Source: Saprospiraceae bacterium (lineage in GTDB: Bacteria; Bacteroidota; Bacteroidia; Chitinophagales; Saprospiraceae). From it: a stretch of 64,000 nt of DNA. The DNA is taken from contig JAJTER010000002.1 of assembly GCA_021299835.1 (NCBI GenBank), positions 35,529 to 99,528 of the forward strand, given 5' to 3'. Position 1 is the stretch's first letter. Each line of letters starts with the position of its first letter. Positions 36,794 to 46,745 of the stretch are shown piece after piece. Made by a program: the position numbers and the translations under genes. Under the pieces are notes generated by a model. It was not told the origin of the DNA. It did not search any database and saw only the letters and a list, made by a program, of their open reading frames with translations.

Positions 36794-38449
36794 TCAAATT
36801 TTCAGGTACATCATAGTTTGCGTACGACCATCTGCAAGGGTAACAACCACCAGATAGGTTCCTTTTGGCAATGTAAAGGGCAAAGAGACAAAATTATCCC
36901 CCTTATTAATTAATCCTCTAAAAACTTTTTTTTCGCCAAACCAAACGGAAACCTCGCCATTTTCTGAAATACCATTTAAATAAAAGCGTCCATCTCCTGG
37001 ATTTGGGAATATATTAAATGGGGGAACCACCCATTTCTCTGTAAGACGGGTGACCGTTAAAGGGATAAAACCCAAAAATCCACTATAGTTAGAAGTAAAG
37101 GGTAAATTGACATTTGCTATGGATACTTTTCCGCGATAGGCCCCGGAGAATAGCAAAGAATGCCCGTCAAACTGTCTGAACTGCGAAGGAAAGGCCGTTC
37201 CGTCCCCCGAAAATGTTAACATATTCTGAGGCTTTCCGTCTGCTGAAGTCCACGTTGAAATAAAGGAATGAAAGGATGAAAATGTCTCCGCAGGGGCACC
37301 CTGCCAACGTAGTTTCCCTAATGAATATCCACTTAACCAAACATTTCCGTCAGTTTTGTACACAACTAAAGGAGCCTGGACATTCTCACCACCTAACATG
37401 GTAGCCCAATGTGCATTTCCTCCAAAAGCTATTTTCAATAAAAAAATATCTGATAATCCGTCTTGTGATTGTAAGGTTGTATTCTCCCCTATTTTCATTA
37501 CCCCCGCAAGAGAACCGGACAGATAAATATCACCACTTTTAATATCCATAAAGGAGGAAAGTAATCTTTGCTCATAAACACCCCCAAATTTTACCAGTTT
37601 TTCTGCCCTTAAATCCTCTCTTCGCAGATACACTAAGAAAACATCCCAATCGCGGGTTAAGGCTACAACAGATAGTGAATCGACTAAAACATCGCGATCA
37701 AAATTACCTCCAATACCTATTGAATTTCCGCGTACAAATAAAGAAATGGCTTGCATTTGATTGTTCGGGAGGCTACCGGAAAAGGCCTTTAATTGTTTTA
37801 CTTTTCCTGTATTCAAAGAAAATATTCCTGTAAAAACCGAAGATTCCCCTGTACCATAAAGAGTTTGTCCATTATCAAAAGTTATATTATCTTGAAAACT
37901 ACCACATAAAATAAGTTCATTTCCAGCTTCGTCCAAATGCATTTGACCCCACTCCTGCCAGCTACTACCTTGAATTAGAGAGATCCATAGTAAGTCACCT
38001 TTCTCATTTATTCTGGCTATAAAAATAGCTTTCGAATTTCCCTCTGTTGTAAATATTTGTTGGTTAATCTGTATTCGTTCGGTAAAGCTTCCCGACAAGA
38101 TAATATCCCCATTTGCCAGATTTTTTGCATCGAACAAAACATCATTTCTCGCACCTCCCCAAGAGAGTAAGACCTTAAACTGACCTTGCATCCATTTGCC
38201 TAAGAACAGATCATTTTCGCCAGCCGACGTCCACACCCTATTCATATCATTCCAGGAACCTCTGTAATTACCCGCCATCAGTGTGTCGCCACCCGTATTT
38301 TTAAAAAACGACATCACTTCAATGTCCCCTTTGATAGAAACATAATAAGGTATATCAAGAACCTGTGCGGTGGTTGAATTATTTTTTACACATAGGACCA
38401 GTGCGATAACAGATATAATTCTTAAAAATTGCTGTAATTTGCTGTCCAT
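36794..38449 (-). CDS. T9SS type-A sorting-domain protein, repetitive beta-rich (propeller-like) body
   Basis: Signal peptide, with repeated SG.F...I/V motifs. The C-terminus is FPNPGDGRFYL...GTYLVVV. Confidence 0.65.
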   Translation of the reverse strand: MDSKLQQFLRIISVIALVLCVKNNSTTAQVLDIPYYVSIKGDIEVMSFFKNTGGDTLMAGNYRGSWNDMNRVWTSAGENDLFLGKWMQGQFKVLLSWGGARNDVLFDAKNLANGDIILSGSFTERIQINQQIFTTEGNSKAIFIARINEKGDLLWISLIQGSSWQEWGQMHLDEAGNELILCGSFQDNITFDNGQTLYGTGESSVFTGIFSLNTGKVKQLKAFSGSLPNNQMQAISLFVRGNSIGIGGNFDRDVLVDSLSVVALTRDWDVFLVYLRREDLRAEKLVKFGGVYEQRLLSSFMDIKSGDIYLSGSLAGVMKIGENTTLQSQDGLSDIFLLKIAFGGNAHWATMLGGENVQAPLVVYKTDGNVWLSGYSLGKLRWQGAPAETFSSFHSFISTWTSADGKPQNMLTFSGDGTAFPSQFRQFDGHSLLFSGAYRGKVSIANVNLPFTSNYSGFLGFIPLTVTRLTEKWVVPPFNIFPNPGDGRFYLNGISENGEVSVWFGEKKVFRGLINKGDNFVSLPFTLPKGTYLVVVTLADGRTQTMMYLKI

Positions 38450-38465
38450 AATTTAAATTAATCCA

Positions 38466-39488
38466 ATGTTCAATATAGTTAAAATGGAAAAAGGCCTAAG
38501 CAAGTTTATTTTACTGGCTATATTATTTTTATATGGTTGTAAAAATAAAGATAAGCCCTTTAACGAAGTATCTCTGTCTGATTTTGACCAAACCCTTAAA
38601 AACATGAACGAGGCCATTGGAAGTACCCCTGACGAAGATAGTTTATACCTTGCAAGGGGAAGTTTTTACCTTGAAAATGAAAAATTTGAGGAAGCAGTTC
38701 TTGATTTTATGCAAGCGTGGAAATTAGACTCAACCCATCCGGAAGCACTTCACAAACTATCTGACACCTATTTAGCCTATTTTAAGTCTTATGAAGCACT
38801 TCAAATTTTAATAAAAGCTGGAGAAAAATTCCCCAAATCAGCATCAACAATGAGGCATCTTGCCAAACTTCAGCTTATGCTAAAACAATATGACGAAGGA
38901 TTCAAAACGTTGGAAAAAGCAAGAAATATTGGAGAAGGTATGCCGGAAACCGCTTTTTTAACGGGTATATTTTTCAAAGAAATAGGTGATACCGCCAGGG
39001 CCATAAATAGTTTACAGGAGGCGATAGAGGGGGATGCTGATATTGAAGATGCATGGATTATTTTAGGTCAGCTTCAAGAGGCAAAGGGAAATGCTATAGC
39101 AAAAAGGTATTATGAAACAGCCCTTCAGAGGAATCCTTCCAATAAACAGGCTTTAATGGCCAAAGCTAATTTTCTCGCTAAAAATAATGATTTACTTTCC
39201 GCTCTTCGTATTTTTAGGAAGTTGCAAAGTATTGAACCAGAAAATGCAGATCCCTTTTTCAATGCAGGCTTAATCCTTCTCGATGTAGATTCCATTGAAC
39301 AGGCATCAAGCCAATTTGACCAGGCCATTACATTGAATCCACTCCTCATCGAAGGTCAATTTTATTGCGGATTAAGCGCTGAATGGTTAGGAGATAATCA
39401 AAAAGCGAAGAAACATTACCAACTAGCTCTTCGATTAGCCCCTGATTACAAAGATGCAAAAGATGGATTGGTACGATTAAATAAATAA
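38466..39488 (+). CDS. tetratricopeptide-repeat lipoprotein
   Basis: LLAILFLYGC lipobox and multiple TPR-like units. The start may be the second ATG at 38484. Confidence 0.7.
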   Translation: MFNIVKMEKGLSKFILLAILFLYGCKNKDKPFNEVSLSDFDQTLKNMNEAIGSTPDEDSLYLARGSFYLENEKFEEAVLDFMQAWKLDSTHPEALHKLSDTYLAYFKSYEALQILIKAGEKFPKSASTMRHLAKLQLMLKQYDEGFKTLEKARNIGEGMPETAFLTGIFFKEIGDTARAINSLQEAIEGDADIEDAWIILGQLQEAKGNAIAKRYYETALQRNPSNKQALMAKANFLAKNNDLLSALRIFRKLQSIEPENADPFFNAGLILLDVDSIEQASSQFDQAITLNPLLIEGQFYCGLSAEWLGDNQKAKKHYQLALRLAPDYKDAKDGLVRLNK

Positions 39489-39548
39489 GGTGGTCATTTA
39501 TACCATAGACCTTGAAAAAAAATCGTATATTGGAATAAATAAAAAATT

Positions 39549-40958
39549 ATGAAATTAACCTTTTGTGGCGGTGTTCAGGACGTAACCGGGAGTAGTCATT
39601 TGGTTACGCTGGACAGTGGGTTTACCATTTTATTAGATTGCGGTTTATACCAGGGAAATCGCCCCGATATGGAAAATTTCAATCAGGAATGGTTGTTCGA
39701 CCCTCAATCTATCGATTGCCTTATACTTTCCCATGCCCATATTGACCACTGTGGAAGAATTCCTAAATTAGTAAAGGACGGGTTTAAAGGTAACATATAT
39801 TGCACTCATGCCACCCGTGATCTTGCTCATATTCTATTGTTGGACAGTGCCTTTATTCAAGAAAAAGATGCTGAGTTTTTTCATAAGAAAAGATCTCGGA
39901 ATGCTGATTATCAAGATCGTGATTTTCAAGAGCCTTTGTATAGAAGCAAAGATGTACCCATAGCTTTAGAACAATTTGTCACGGTTGGTTACGACCGTTG
40001 GATAAACATCAACGAACAGGTCACCTTTCAATTTTCCGATGCAGGTCATATTCTCGGGAGTGCCGGAGTAACCCTGCGTGTCATTGAAAATAAAACGGAA
40101 AAATTATTAGGCTTCACTGGAGATATTGGTAGACCCGAACGACCTATTTTAAGAAATCCTAAACCGTTGCCACCTGTTGATTTCTTGATATCTGAATCGA
40201 CCTACGGCAATAAAGAACACGACGCTAATCCTAAAGAAAGAGAAAGGTTTTTGCAGATTTTAACTGAAACCTGTGTTGAAAAGGGAGGAAAAGTAATTAT
40301 CCCTGCTTTTAGTGTCGGAAGAACTCAGGAACTCTTATTTATCCTGGATCAGTTAGAAAATGAAGGGAAATTGCCCCAGGTTCCGGTATTTGTTGATAGT
40401 CCTTTAGCGGTAAATGCAACGATGGTTTATGCCTCTCATCCCGAATGTTTCGATGAAGATTTGACCGAATATTTACTCCTTGATGAAAATCCGTTTGGTT
40501 TTAAAAGGCTAAAATACTTGCGCAAACAATCCGATTCAATGGCTCTAAATGAACTAAAAGGGCCTGCGATTATTATTAGTGCTTCGGGAATGATTAATGC
40601 AGGAAGGATAAAACACCATGTGGCACACAATATTGAAAACCCGAATAATACTATTTTGATTGTTGGATATTGTTCCCCTTTTACGCCAGGTGGAAAGCTG
40701 CGGGCTGGCGACAAAAGCATTTACTTATTAGGACATAAAATGGAAGTTAGAGCCAATGTTGAAATTTTGGACTCTTTTTCCGCTCATGGCGATAAACTAG
40801 AAATGCTTGATTATTTAAAAAACCAGAAAGGTCACGTAAAAAAATTATTCCTCGTTCATGGAGAACACGAGGCAAAGAAAGCCTTTTCAACACTGCTTCA
40901 CCAATATGGATTGCCTGAAGCTGTAATTCCTTCGTCAGGTCAAGAATTTGTCCTGTAA
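39549..40958 (+). CDS. MBL-fold / beta-CASP RNA-metabolising hydrolase
   Basis: LSHAHIDHCG (HxHxDH), ESTYG and the C-terminal SAHGD beta-CASP motif. Confidence 0.85.
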   Translation: MKLTFCGGVQDVTGSSHLVTLDSGFTILLDCGLYQGNRPDMENFNQEWLFDPQSIDCLILSHAHIDHCGRIPKLVKDGFKGNIYCTHATRDLAHILLLDSAFIQEKDAEFFHKKRSRNADYQDRDFQEPLYRSKDVPIALEQFVTVGYDRWININEQVTFQFSDAGHILGSAGVTLRVIENKTEKLLGFTGDIGRPERPILRNPKPLPPVDFLISESTYGNKEHDANPKERERFLQILTETCVEKGGKVIIPAFSVGRTQELLFILDQLENEGKLPQVPVFVDSPLAVNATMVYASHPECFDEDLTEYLLLDENPFGFKRLKYLRKQSDSMALNELKGPAIIISASGMINAGRIKHHVAHNIENPNNTILIVGYCSPFTPGGKLRAGDKSIYLLGHKMEVRANVEILDSFSAHGDKLEMLDYLKNQKGHVKKLFLVHGEHEAKKAFSTLLHQYGLPEAVIPSSGQEFVL

Positions 40959-40965
40959 AAAAGAC

Positions 40966-41688
40966 CTATTTGGAAGTTTGAATTTTATTAAGGAGTAACT
41001 GAGCTTTTATAAGAAAATCAGCGTGATGATTATTCCACTCGTTATATATCATCATAAGTCTAGCAGCATCCCATGCGGCAGATTTGGGTACAATTTGTCT
41101 GGCGGCAATGGGGTGAAGCCAATATTCAAGATTGTTACTTTTTAAATGCGATTTGTCTAACCTGTAGTTTATAATAACAGATAATTTGTTTAGTGAAAAC
41201 AAATATTCCGTCGTTTTATTTAACTCTTTTTGTAAATCAATCACATTCCAACCTGAGAAATCAGCGCCACATCGTTCACATAGAAAAAGATCCCGACGCC
41301 CATCAAATACCACTAAATCATCAAATTCATATTTGTGAAAATTCTTCTCAAGAAAGTTTCTAATATGCAGTTTAGCGTTTTTTAACTTATTAAATTCGAA
41401 AAAAAGCTGATCTTCTGATAACTTAAAATTTTCATCGAAGGGTCTGGATTGACCAGTATTTAGATTAAAAACCTCTTTATTTCTTGAGAGCGTATGACCC
41501 AATTCATTTACTTCAGAATAGACATTTACAATATCAACGGGAGCGTTATTAATCCAACTTTCGAGGAAAAGCTTTTTAGAACCAATTTCGAAAACTAAAA
41601 AAGCAATTTCACTAATAGCATAAAAATTGGGATATCCACCGTAGATATTACCATATTTGAGTTCCAAAAAGGCTATATTCCTATTCAC
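40966..41688 (-). CDS. hypothetical protein; possibly a degenerate DEDD (DnaQ-like) exonuclease fold
   Basis: IAFLELKYG...ISEIAFLV resembles ExoI beta1/beta2, VVFDGRRDLFL resembles ExoII and KSAAWDAARLMMIY resembles ExoIII HxAxxDA. Several catalytic residues are replaced. AT-rich orphan gene. Confidence 0.3.
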   Translation of the reverse strand: MNRNIAFLELKYGNIYGGYPNFYAISEIAFLVFEIGSKKLFLESWINNAPVDIVNVYSEVNELGHTLSRNKEVFNLNTGQSRPFDENFKLSEDQLFFEFNKLKNAKLHIRNFLEKNFHKYEFDDLVVFDGRRDLFLCERCGADFSGWNVIDLQKELNKTTEYLFSLNKLSVIINYRLDKSHLKSNNLEYWLHPIAARQIVPKSAAWDAARLMMIYNEWNNHHADFLIKAQLLLNKIQTSK

Positions 41689-41924
41689 TTTTTGTGTGTA
41701 TTCTGGGTTTCGGATTTACCAAGACCACCTTGAGAAAAACCGGGAAAAAATTTTCGAATGCAATATAGTGTAAAAAGGTAAATAAATTATACAAGTTTTA
41801 CTTTAAATATTTTCTAAAAAAATCAATTTATTTGATTATCAATCCCTTAAAATATTATCCGATGATAATGTGTAAAGAAAGAATCATGGGAACTCAACGG
41901 GAAAAGCATTCATTTTCCTAACTA

Positions 41925-43139
41925 CTACCATTGTTTTGACTGATAGGGATAGCGGATTTTATATTGATCCTTGACGAGACCCAGTAATCTTTGTCGAAAA
42001 ACATCCATATTTTCCTTTTTTTCAGCAGAAATAAGGAGAGGTTCAATGAGTTCACCTTGCACCCATTTTGTCATCATACTGGAAACGACCTCCGTTTTAC
42101 CTTCCTCATCGAGAAGTTCGTCAAAATATTTTTCGCGATAGAGATCAAATTTATTAAGAATCAGCCAGGTTGGCTTTTCGGCAACGCCCAGATCGAGCAA
42201 CGTTTGATTCACTGTGCGTATATGATCTTCATGCTGTGGATGGGCGATATCGACTACATGAAGAAGAATATCACTTTCTCTTACTTCGTCCAGTGTTGAT
42301 TTAAAACTTTCAACCAGATGGTGGGGTAACTTTCTAATAAATCCTACGGTATCGGACAATAAAAAAGGTACGTCTTCCAATACTACCTTGCGTACGGTAG
42401 TGTCGAGGGTTGCAAAAAGTTTATTTTCGGCAAACACATCTGATTTACTCAGTAAATTCATCAGGGTTGACTTTCCCACATTGGTATAACCTACGAGGGC
42501 TACACGAATAAGATCTCCGCGACTTTTACGTTGTGTTTCATTTTGCAAAGAAATTTTTTCCAGTTTCTTTCTAAGCAAAGTAACTTTATCTCTAACGATA
42601 CGACGGTCTGTTTCAATTTCCTTTTCACCGGGACCTCTCATACCGATACCCCCTTTTTGCCTTTCCAAATGCGTCCAAAGTCCTCTTAATCTGGGCAATA
42701 GATACTGCATTTGAGCCAATTCAACCTGAGTTTTTGCTTGAGCCGTTTGTGCCCTTGACGCGAAAATATCTAAAATTAAGGTAGAACGATCAATGATTTT
42801 TACTTTAAGGAAAGCCTCCAGGATATTGACCTGTTTGCCTGTAAGATCGTCATCAAAAATGACCATATTTACATTTTCGTGGCTTTGGACATAGGCTTGA
42901 ATTTCCTCTAATTTACCCTTTCCGATAAACGTTTTACTATCGGGATGAATCAATTTTTGAGTAAAACGCTTTAGACATGTCGCACCTGCAGTGAGGGCTA
43001 AAAAGGCTAATTCGTCTAAATATTCATTTACTTGTTCCTCCGTTTCTCCTTTTTGGATTAGTCCCACTAAAACGGCAAATTCCGGTTCTAAAAGAACACC
43101 TTTTTGAGCCTTTTCACCAACATTCCAACCATTACTCAT
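41925..43139 (-). CDS. hflX: GTPase HflX
   Basis: HflX N-terminal domain, G1 GYTNVGKS, G3 DTVGF, G4 NKFD. The start is moved to the ATG at 43139 (MSNGWN...) because the longer ORF overlaps the upstream gene. Confidence 0.9.
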   Translation of the reverse strand: MSNGWNVGEKAQKGVLLEPEFAVLVGLIQKGETEEQVNEYLDELAFLALTAGATCLKRFTQKLIHPDSKTFIGKGKLEEIQAYVQSHENVNMVIFDDDLTGKQVNILEAFLKVKIIDRSTLILDIFASRAQTAQAKTQVELAQMQYLLPRLRGLWTHLERQKGGIGMRGPGEKEIETDRRIVRDKVTLLRKKLEKISLQNETQRKSRGDLIRVALVGYTNVGKSTLMNLLSKSDVFAENKLFATLDTTVRKVVLEDVPFLLSDTVGFIRKLPHHLVESFKSTLDEVRESDILLHVVDIAHPQHEDHIRTVNQTLLDLGVAEKPTWLILNKFDLYREKYFDELLDEEGKTEVVSSMMTKWVQGELIEPLLISAEKKENMDVFRQRLLGLVKDQYKIRYPYQSKQW

Positions 43140-43149
43140 ATTAACATAA

Positions 43150-44400
43150 TTATTGTATCCAATCCGAAGGATTAAGTCTCTGCTTTTCCTTCCATAATTC
43201 AAAATGAATCTCAGGTTTTTCATCACCTAAAGACCCAATAGATTGATTAACCGACAGTACATCCCCCCTTTTAACACTAATCGTCTCCATATTGGCATAT
43301 ACGGTATAAAAATTATCGTGTTGCACAATCACTGTATATTGGTAGCCTGGAACAACTTGAGTACCAACCACTTTTCCCGGAAAAACAACTTTTACAGATG
43401 CTTTCGGGGAGGTTAAGATGTCAATTCCATTATTCACTGTTTTCACATCTTTAAAATCAGGGTGTTGTTGCGTACCAAAGGATTTGACTACCTGTCCGTT
43501 CTCGACGGGCCAGGGAAGACTTCCTTTTGCTTGTTGAAAATGAGACGCGGTGGAGGCAGGCATTGATTTTTTATCTGATTTTGGCGCTATTACATTCCTT
43601 TTAGCTATCGCCTCCATCTCTGTTCGAATCACCCTTTCTATGGAATTATCCAATTTAAGTCTTTGCCGCAACTGATCTTCCAATGAGGTGGCTAATTTCT
43701 GTTCATTATCCTTTAGCGTAGTCAATACCTTATTTTTGACCTTCATTTCCTGCCCTAACTGTTGTTCTTGTCCCTTTATTGCCAGTAAAATAGATTCCTT
43801 TTCTGCCAACGAGGCGGTAAGCTGAACCGTTTTCTTTTTCAAAGTTGTTTGCGTAGCATGAATTAGGGAAACCTGTCTTCGCCGATAACTCTCGTATTGT
43901 TTTACCAGAACAAAGCGTTTATAAAATTGATTGAGATTTTCAGCTGAAAACAGAAAAGCATCCAGATTTCGATTTAACTTATTTCTCAAAGCTGCCCTCA
44001 CCATTTGCTTGTATTCCATCTGTAAACGATCAATATCTAACTGAAGGGATGCCAGAACGTCTCTCGTTCGATATATTCTCGACTCCGTGTAAATAATTTC
44101 ACTTTTAAGATTATTTACCAGTTGTTGCCTGTTCAATACCTGTGTTTGAAGATTAAGATAGTGTTGTAGAGATTTTTCTTTATCCTCTCTGGTTTGTTGA
44201 AGTTCCTTGGTTGTTTGTTCAATATTTTTCAACAAATCCTTCCTTCGTTCCTCTAATTCCTTTCGCGATTGACTATAGGAAGGGACGATTAAGGCGAATA
44301 AAAAAAGAAAATTAATAGCTACCAGAATACCTTTGCGGGATATCGAAGCGAAGGCTGACAGGCAAATTGAATTGAACCTGATTGAATGATAGAACGACAT
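43150..44400 (-). CDS. murein hydrolase activator EnvC-like (coiled coil + M23/LytM domain)
   Basis: Long Q/E/L-rich coiled coil, with C-terminal GIDI...G..V...GYQYTVIVQH...Y LytM-like region. The start is uncertain (44421 or 44400). Confidence 0.75.
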   Translation of the reverse strand: MSFYHSIRFNSICLSAFASISRKGILVAINFLFLFALIVPSYSQSRKELEERRKDLLKNIEQTTKELQQTREDKEKSLQHYLNLQTQVLNRQQLVNNLKSEIIYTESRIYRTRDVLASLQLDIDRLQMEYKQMVRAALRNKLNRNLDAFLFSAENLNQFYKRFVLVKQYESYRRRQVSLIHATQTTLKKKTVQLTASLAEKESILLAIKGQEQQLGQEMKVKNKVLTTLKDNEQKLATSLEDQLRQRLKLDNSIERVIRTEMEAIAKRNVIAPKSDKKSMPASTASHFQQAKGSLPWPVENGQVVKSFGTQQHPDFKDVKTVNNGIDILTSPKASVKVVFPGKVVGTQVVPGYQYTVIVQHDNFYTVYANMETISVKRGDVLSVNQSIGSLGDEKPEIHFELWKEKQRLNPSDWIQ

Positions 44401-45067
44401 GTAGGTTTCCAGTTTCGGCACTTTGTATATTCAAATCACGAAAATAAGAAAATTGTTGCTTGCTTTCTAATGCTTTATAATCTCCAAACTTCATTTTAAA
44501 GTATTTGTTGCTTGAAGGCTGACCCCAATCTATAGCAGAAATCCTTTTATTATTAAAATCCCAGCCTAAAGACAAGATACCATTATCCATTGATTTTTGC
44601 AACTGCCACTCAAATGATTCTTTATTAGTCACCGTAAAATCAGATATATCGTCTAAAGGAGCATTTCCCAAAAGGAGTGCCTGAAGATGTAAAAAATCAC
44701 CAGGCAGTTGATATTTTTCCTTTATGAAAGAGATAGGATGAGCTTCAAATACATTATTGAGCCTGTTTAAGTAAAAAAAAGAATCTTTTAAAATCAATGC
44801 TCTTCCCACTTCGAACCCTAATTTTCGCAAAGAAACCCAAATGGCACTATCCCTGCGAATCCGAATAATACCTTGTCCGCTCAAATTTGAATCTTCTGAT
44901 TCCATTTGCAGTTGACATTTCCCCTCCATCCACTCTGGAGCTAAGACCGCTTTTTTAAGAAATAAAGAAGGGTTATCATCTTCAGCCAATCCTCCTTTTT
45001 TAATAATTTTAGGTGAGCAGGAAAGAAAGACAAAGAGCAGAAAAGAAGAAAAAACTAATTTATTCAT
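44312..45067 (-). CDS. DUF4292 (LolB-like) lipoprotein
   Basis: Lipobox LFVFLSC. Size and position between the TPR gene and the EnvC-like gene match the common Bacteroidota arrangement. Confidence 0.55.
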   Translation of the reverse strand: MNKLVFSSFLLFVFLSCSPKIIKKGGLAEDDNPSLFLKKAVLAPEWMEGKCQLQMESEDSNLSGQGIIRIRRDSAIWVSLRKLGFEVGRALILKDSFFYLNRLNNVFEAHPISFIKEKYQLPGDFLHLQALLLGNAPLDDISDFTVTNKESFEWQLQKSMDNGILSLGWDFNNKRISAIDWGQPSSNKYFKMKFGDYKALESKQQFSYFRDLNIQSAETGNLHVVLSFNQVQFNLPVSLRFDIPQRYSGSY

Positions 45068-45071
45068 CTTA

Positions 45072-46727
45072 TTAAAACTTACTCAATTTTAAGGATAAAC
45101 TTTTTCCTGTGTTACCCAATTCCAGTGATTTTTTGTAAGCATTTTGGGCCTCCAATGTATTCTTTGCAGAAAGAAATGCGTCTCCCCAATGTTCAAATAA
45201 CAAAGGTGTTCCCCATTTTGACCCCTCAACAAATAACTTTAATGCTGCATCAAGTTGATTGGCCTTAAATGCTGCAAAAGCTTTAGCATGTATGACAAGC
45301 GCCTCATTATACATATCATCCAAACCGATATTTGTCAAAGGCAGAGGTATTTCACCCCCTGATAATATTTGCAGTGCCCATAGGTAAGATTTTTTATCTT
45401 TTCCTTTTAAAGATAAAAAAATATCATTTGCAGCTACTTTTTCACCTTGTAGCGATAGGGAAAGCGCTTTTAAAGCCATTAAATGGTTGGTAAGCTGCTC
45501 ATCTTTGGAACTTTGAAGAAAAGCCTCCTCCATTAAAGGTAAGGCTTCCGCCGTTTTACCCTGAAATAAATAACCGTAAGCTGCATAAAAAGGAATCTTT
45601 GGATTATTAGGAAAAATATCCCAGGCAAACAAAGCTTCTTTAGTTAAGGAAACAGATTGACCGGTAGTCCAAAGGAGATTCAAATAATTTTCCCAAACGA
45701 AAAAAATAGATTCTTCCTTTTTTAGCGCGGCTTTATACTTCATCACGGCCGTATCAACTACCCCCATGATACGATAAATTTCAGCCTGGAGCGCCAAAGG
45801 AGCGGCATCAGAAGGATGAGCTACTTCCATTGAAGCACAAAGCACCAATAATTGTTCCTTCAGAGAAACCTCTTTAGAAATAACCAGTTTATCAATTTCA
45901 GGCATCAATCGAGCCCTTTTCTTTTCGGTATCAATTTGATTATCAGAAAAAAATGAATTTAATGCTAAAAGTGAAGTAGCTCCAGAATTATTTTCAAGTT
46001 GACTTAGCTCAAATTTTGCGCGCGCGGCATCAGGCCGTAAGTATAATAATTGCCTTAAAATTTTTGATGCTCCTTCCGAATCATTATGCTTAATAAAATA
46101 ATCAGATGCCAGATAAAAATGATTCTCTTCCGAGGGGAATAAACTAATCAGGCTAATCAGTTCTTTTTTTGCTTTTGGAATATTACCTGATAGATGAAAT
46201 AGCTCTTTTCGTTGAATAATCGTCTTAGGAGAAACACCCCAGGTAGATTCTAACAAATCTAACACTTTAAATGCAGCATTCCAGTCATTAGTTTTTTGGT
46301 GACAAACCATCAATGACTGATAAAAATCAACTCCTTTGGGATCCAGCGTGATACATTTTTGTAGTACAGGAATAGCCAGATTAAATTGACTATTCTGCAT
46401 ATAAAAATCTGCTAGTTTCTGTTGAAACCAACGATTATCAGGTGATTTTTTAGTGGCTGAAAGAGCGTAAAAAATCGCTTTTTCCCATTGTGCACTATCC
46501 TGATAAATCAATGCCAAATAATAGTCAGCCAAATCATTTGACGGATAATCCTTCAACAATTTCTGATAAATAGCTACTGCCTTGTCTGTATTGCGTAAAA
46601 ATTTCTCTTTAGCGCCTTCGATTAAAGCCGTTTCTACCAATAAATCATTCGCAGAAACCTGCACTGGCTGCCCCACTACCGCAAGACTTAACGACAAGAA
46701 AGAAAGACAAAACCAGATAATTTTCAT
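45072..46727 (-). CDS. tetratricopeptide-repeat protein, secreted
   Basis: Signal peptide followed by many TPR-like units. Confidence 0.7.
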   Translation of the reverse strand: MKIIWFCLSFLSLSLAVVGQPVQVSANDLLVETALIEGAKEKFLRNTDKAVAIYQKLLKDYPSNDLADYYLALIYQDSAQWEKAIFYALSATKKSPDNRWFQQKLADFYMQNSQFNLAIPVLQKCITLDPKGVDFYQSLMVCHQKTNDWNAAFKVLDLLESTWGVSPKTIIQRKELFHLSGNIPKAKKELISLISLFPSEENHFYLASDYFIKHNDSEGASKILRQLLYLRPDAARAKFELSQLENNSGATSLLALNSFFSDNQIDTEKKRARLMPEIDKLVISKEVSLKEQLLVLCASMEVAHPSDAAPLALQAEIYRIMGVVDTAVMKYKAALKKEESIFFVWENYLNLLWTTGQSVSLTKEALFAWDIFPNNPKIPFYAAYGYLFQGKTAEALPLMEEAFLQSSKDEQLTNHLMALKALSLSLQGEKVAANDIFLSLKGKDKKSYLWALQILSGGEIPLPLTNIGLDDMYNEALVIHAKAFAAFKANQLDAALKLFVEGSKWGTPLLFEHWGDAFLSAKNTLEAQNAYKKSLELGNTGKSLSLKLSKF

Positions 46728-46745
46728 GAAAAGATATAAAGATTA

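Noticed and set aside
43140-43226. 29-codon N-terminal extension of hflX
   Set aside because: It overlaps the 3' end of the EnvC-like gene. The ATG at 43139 lies 10 nt after that gene's stop codon and leaves a product of about 400 aa, an ordinary size for HflX.
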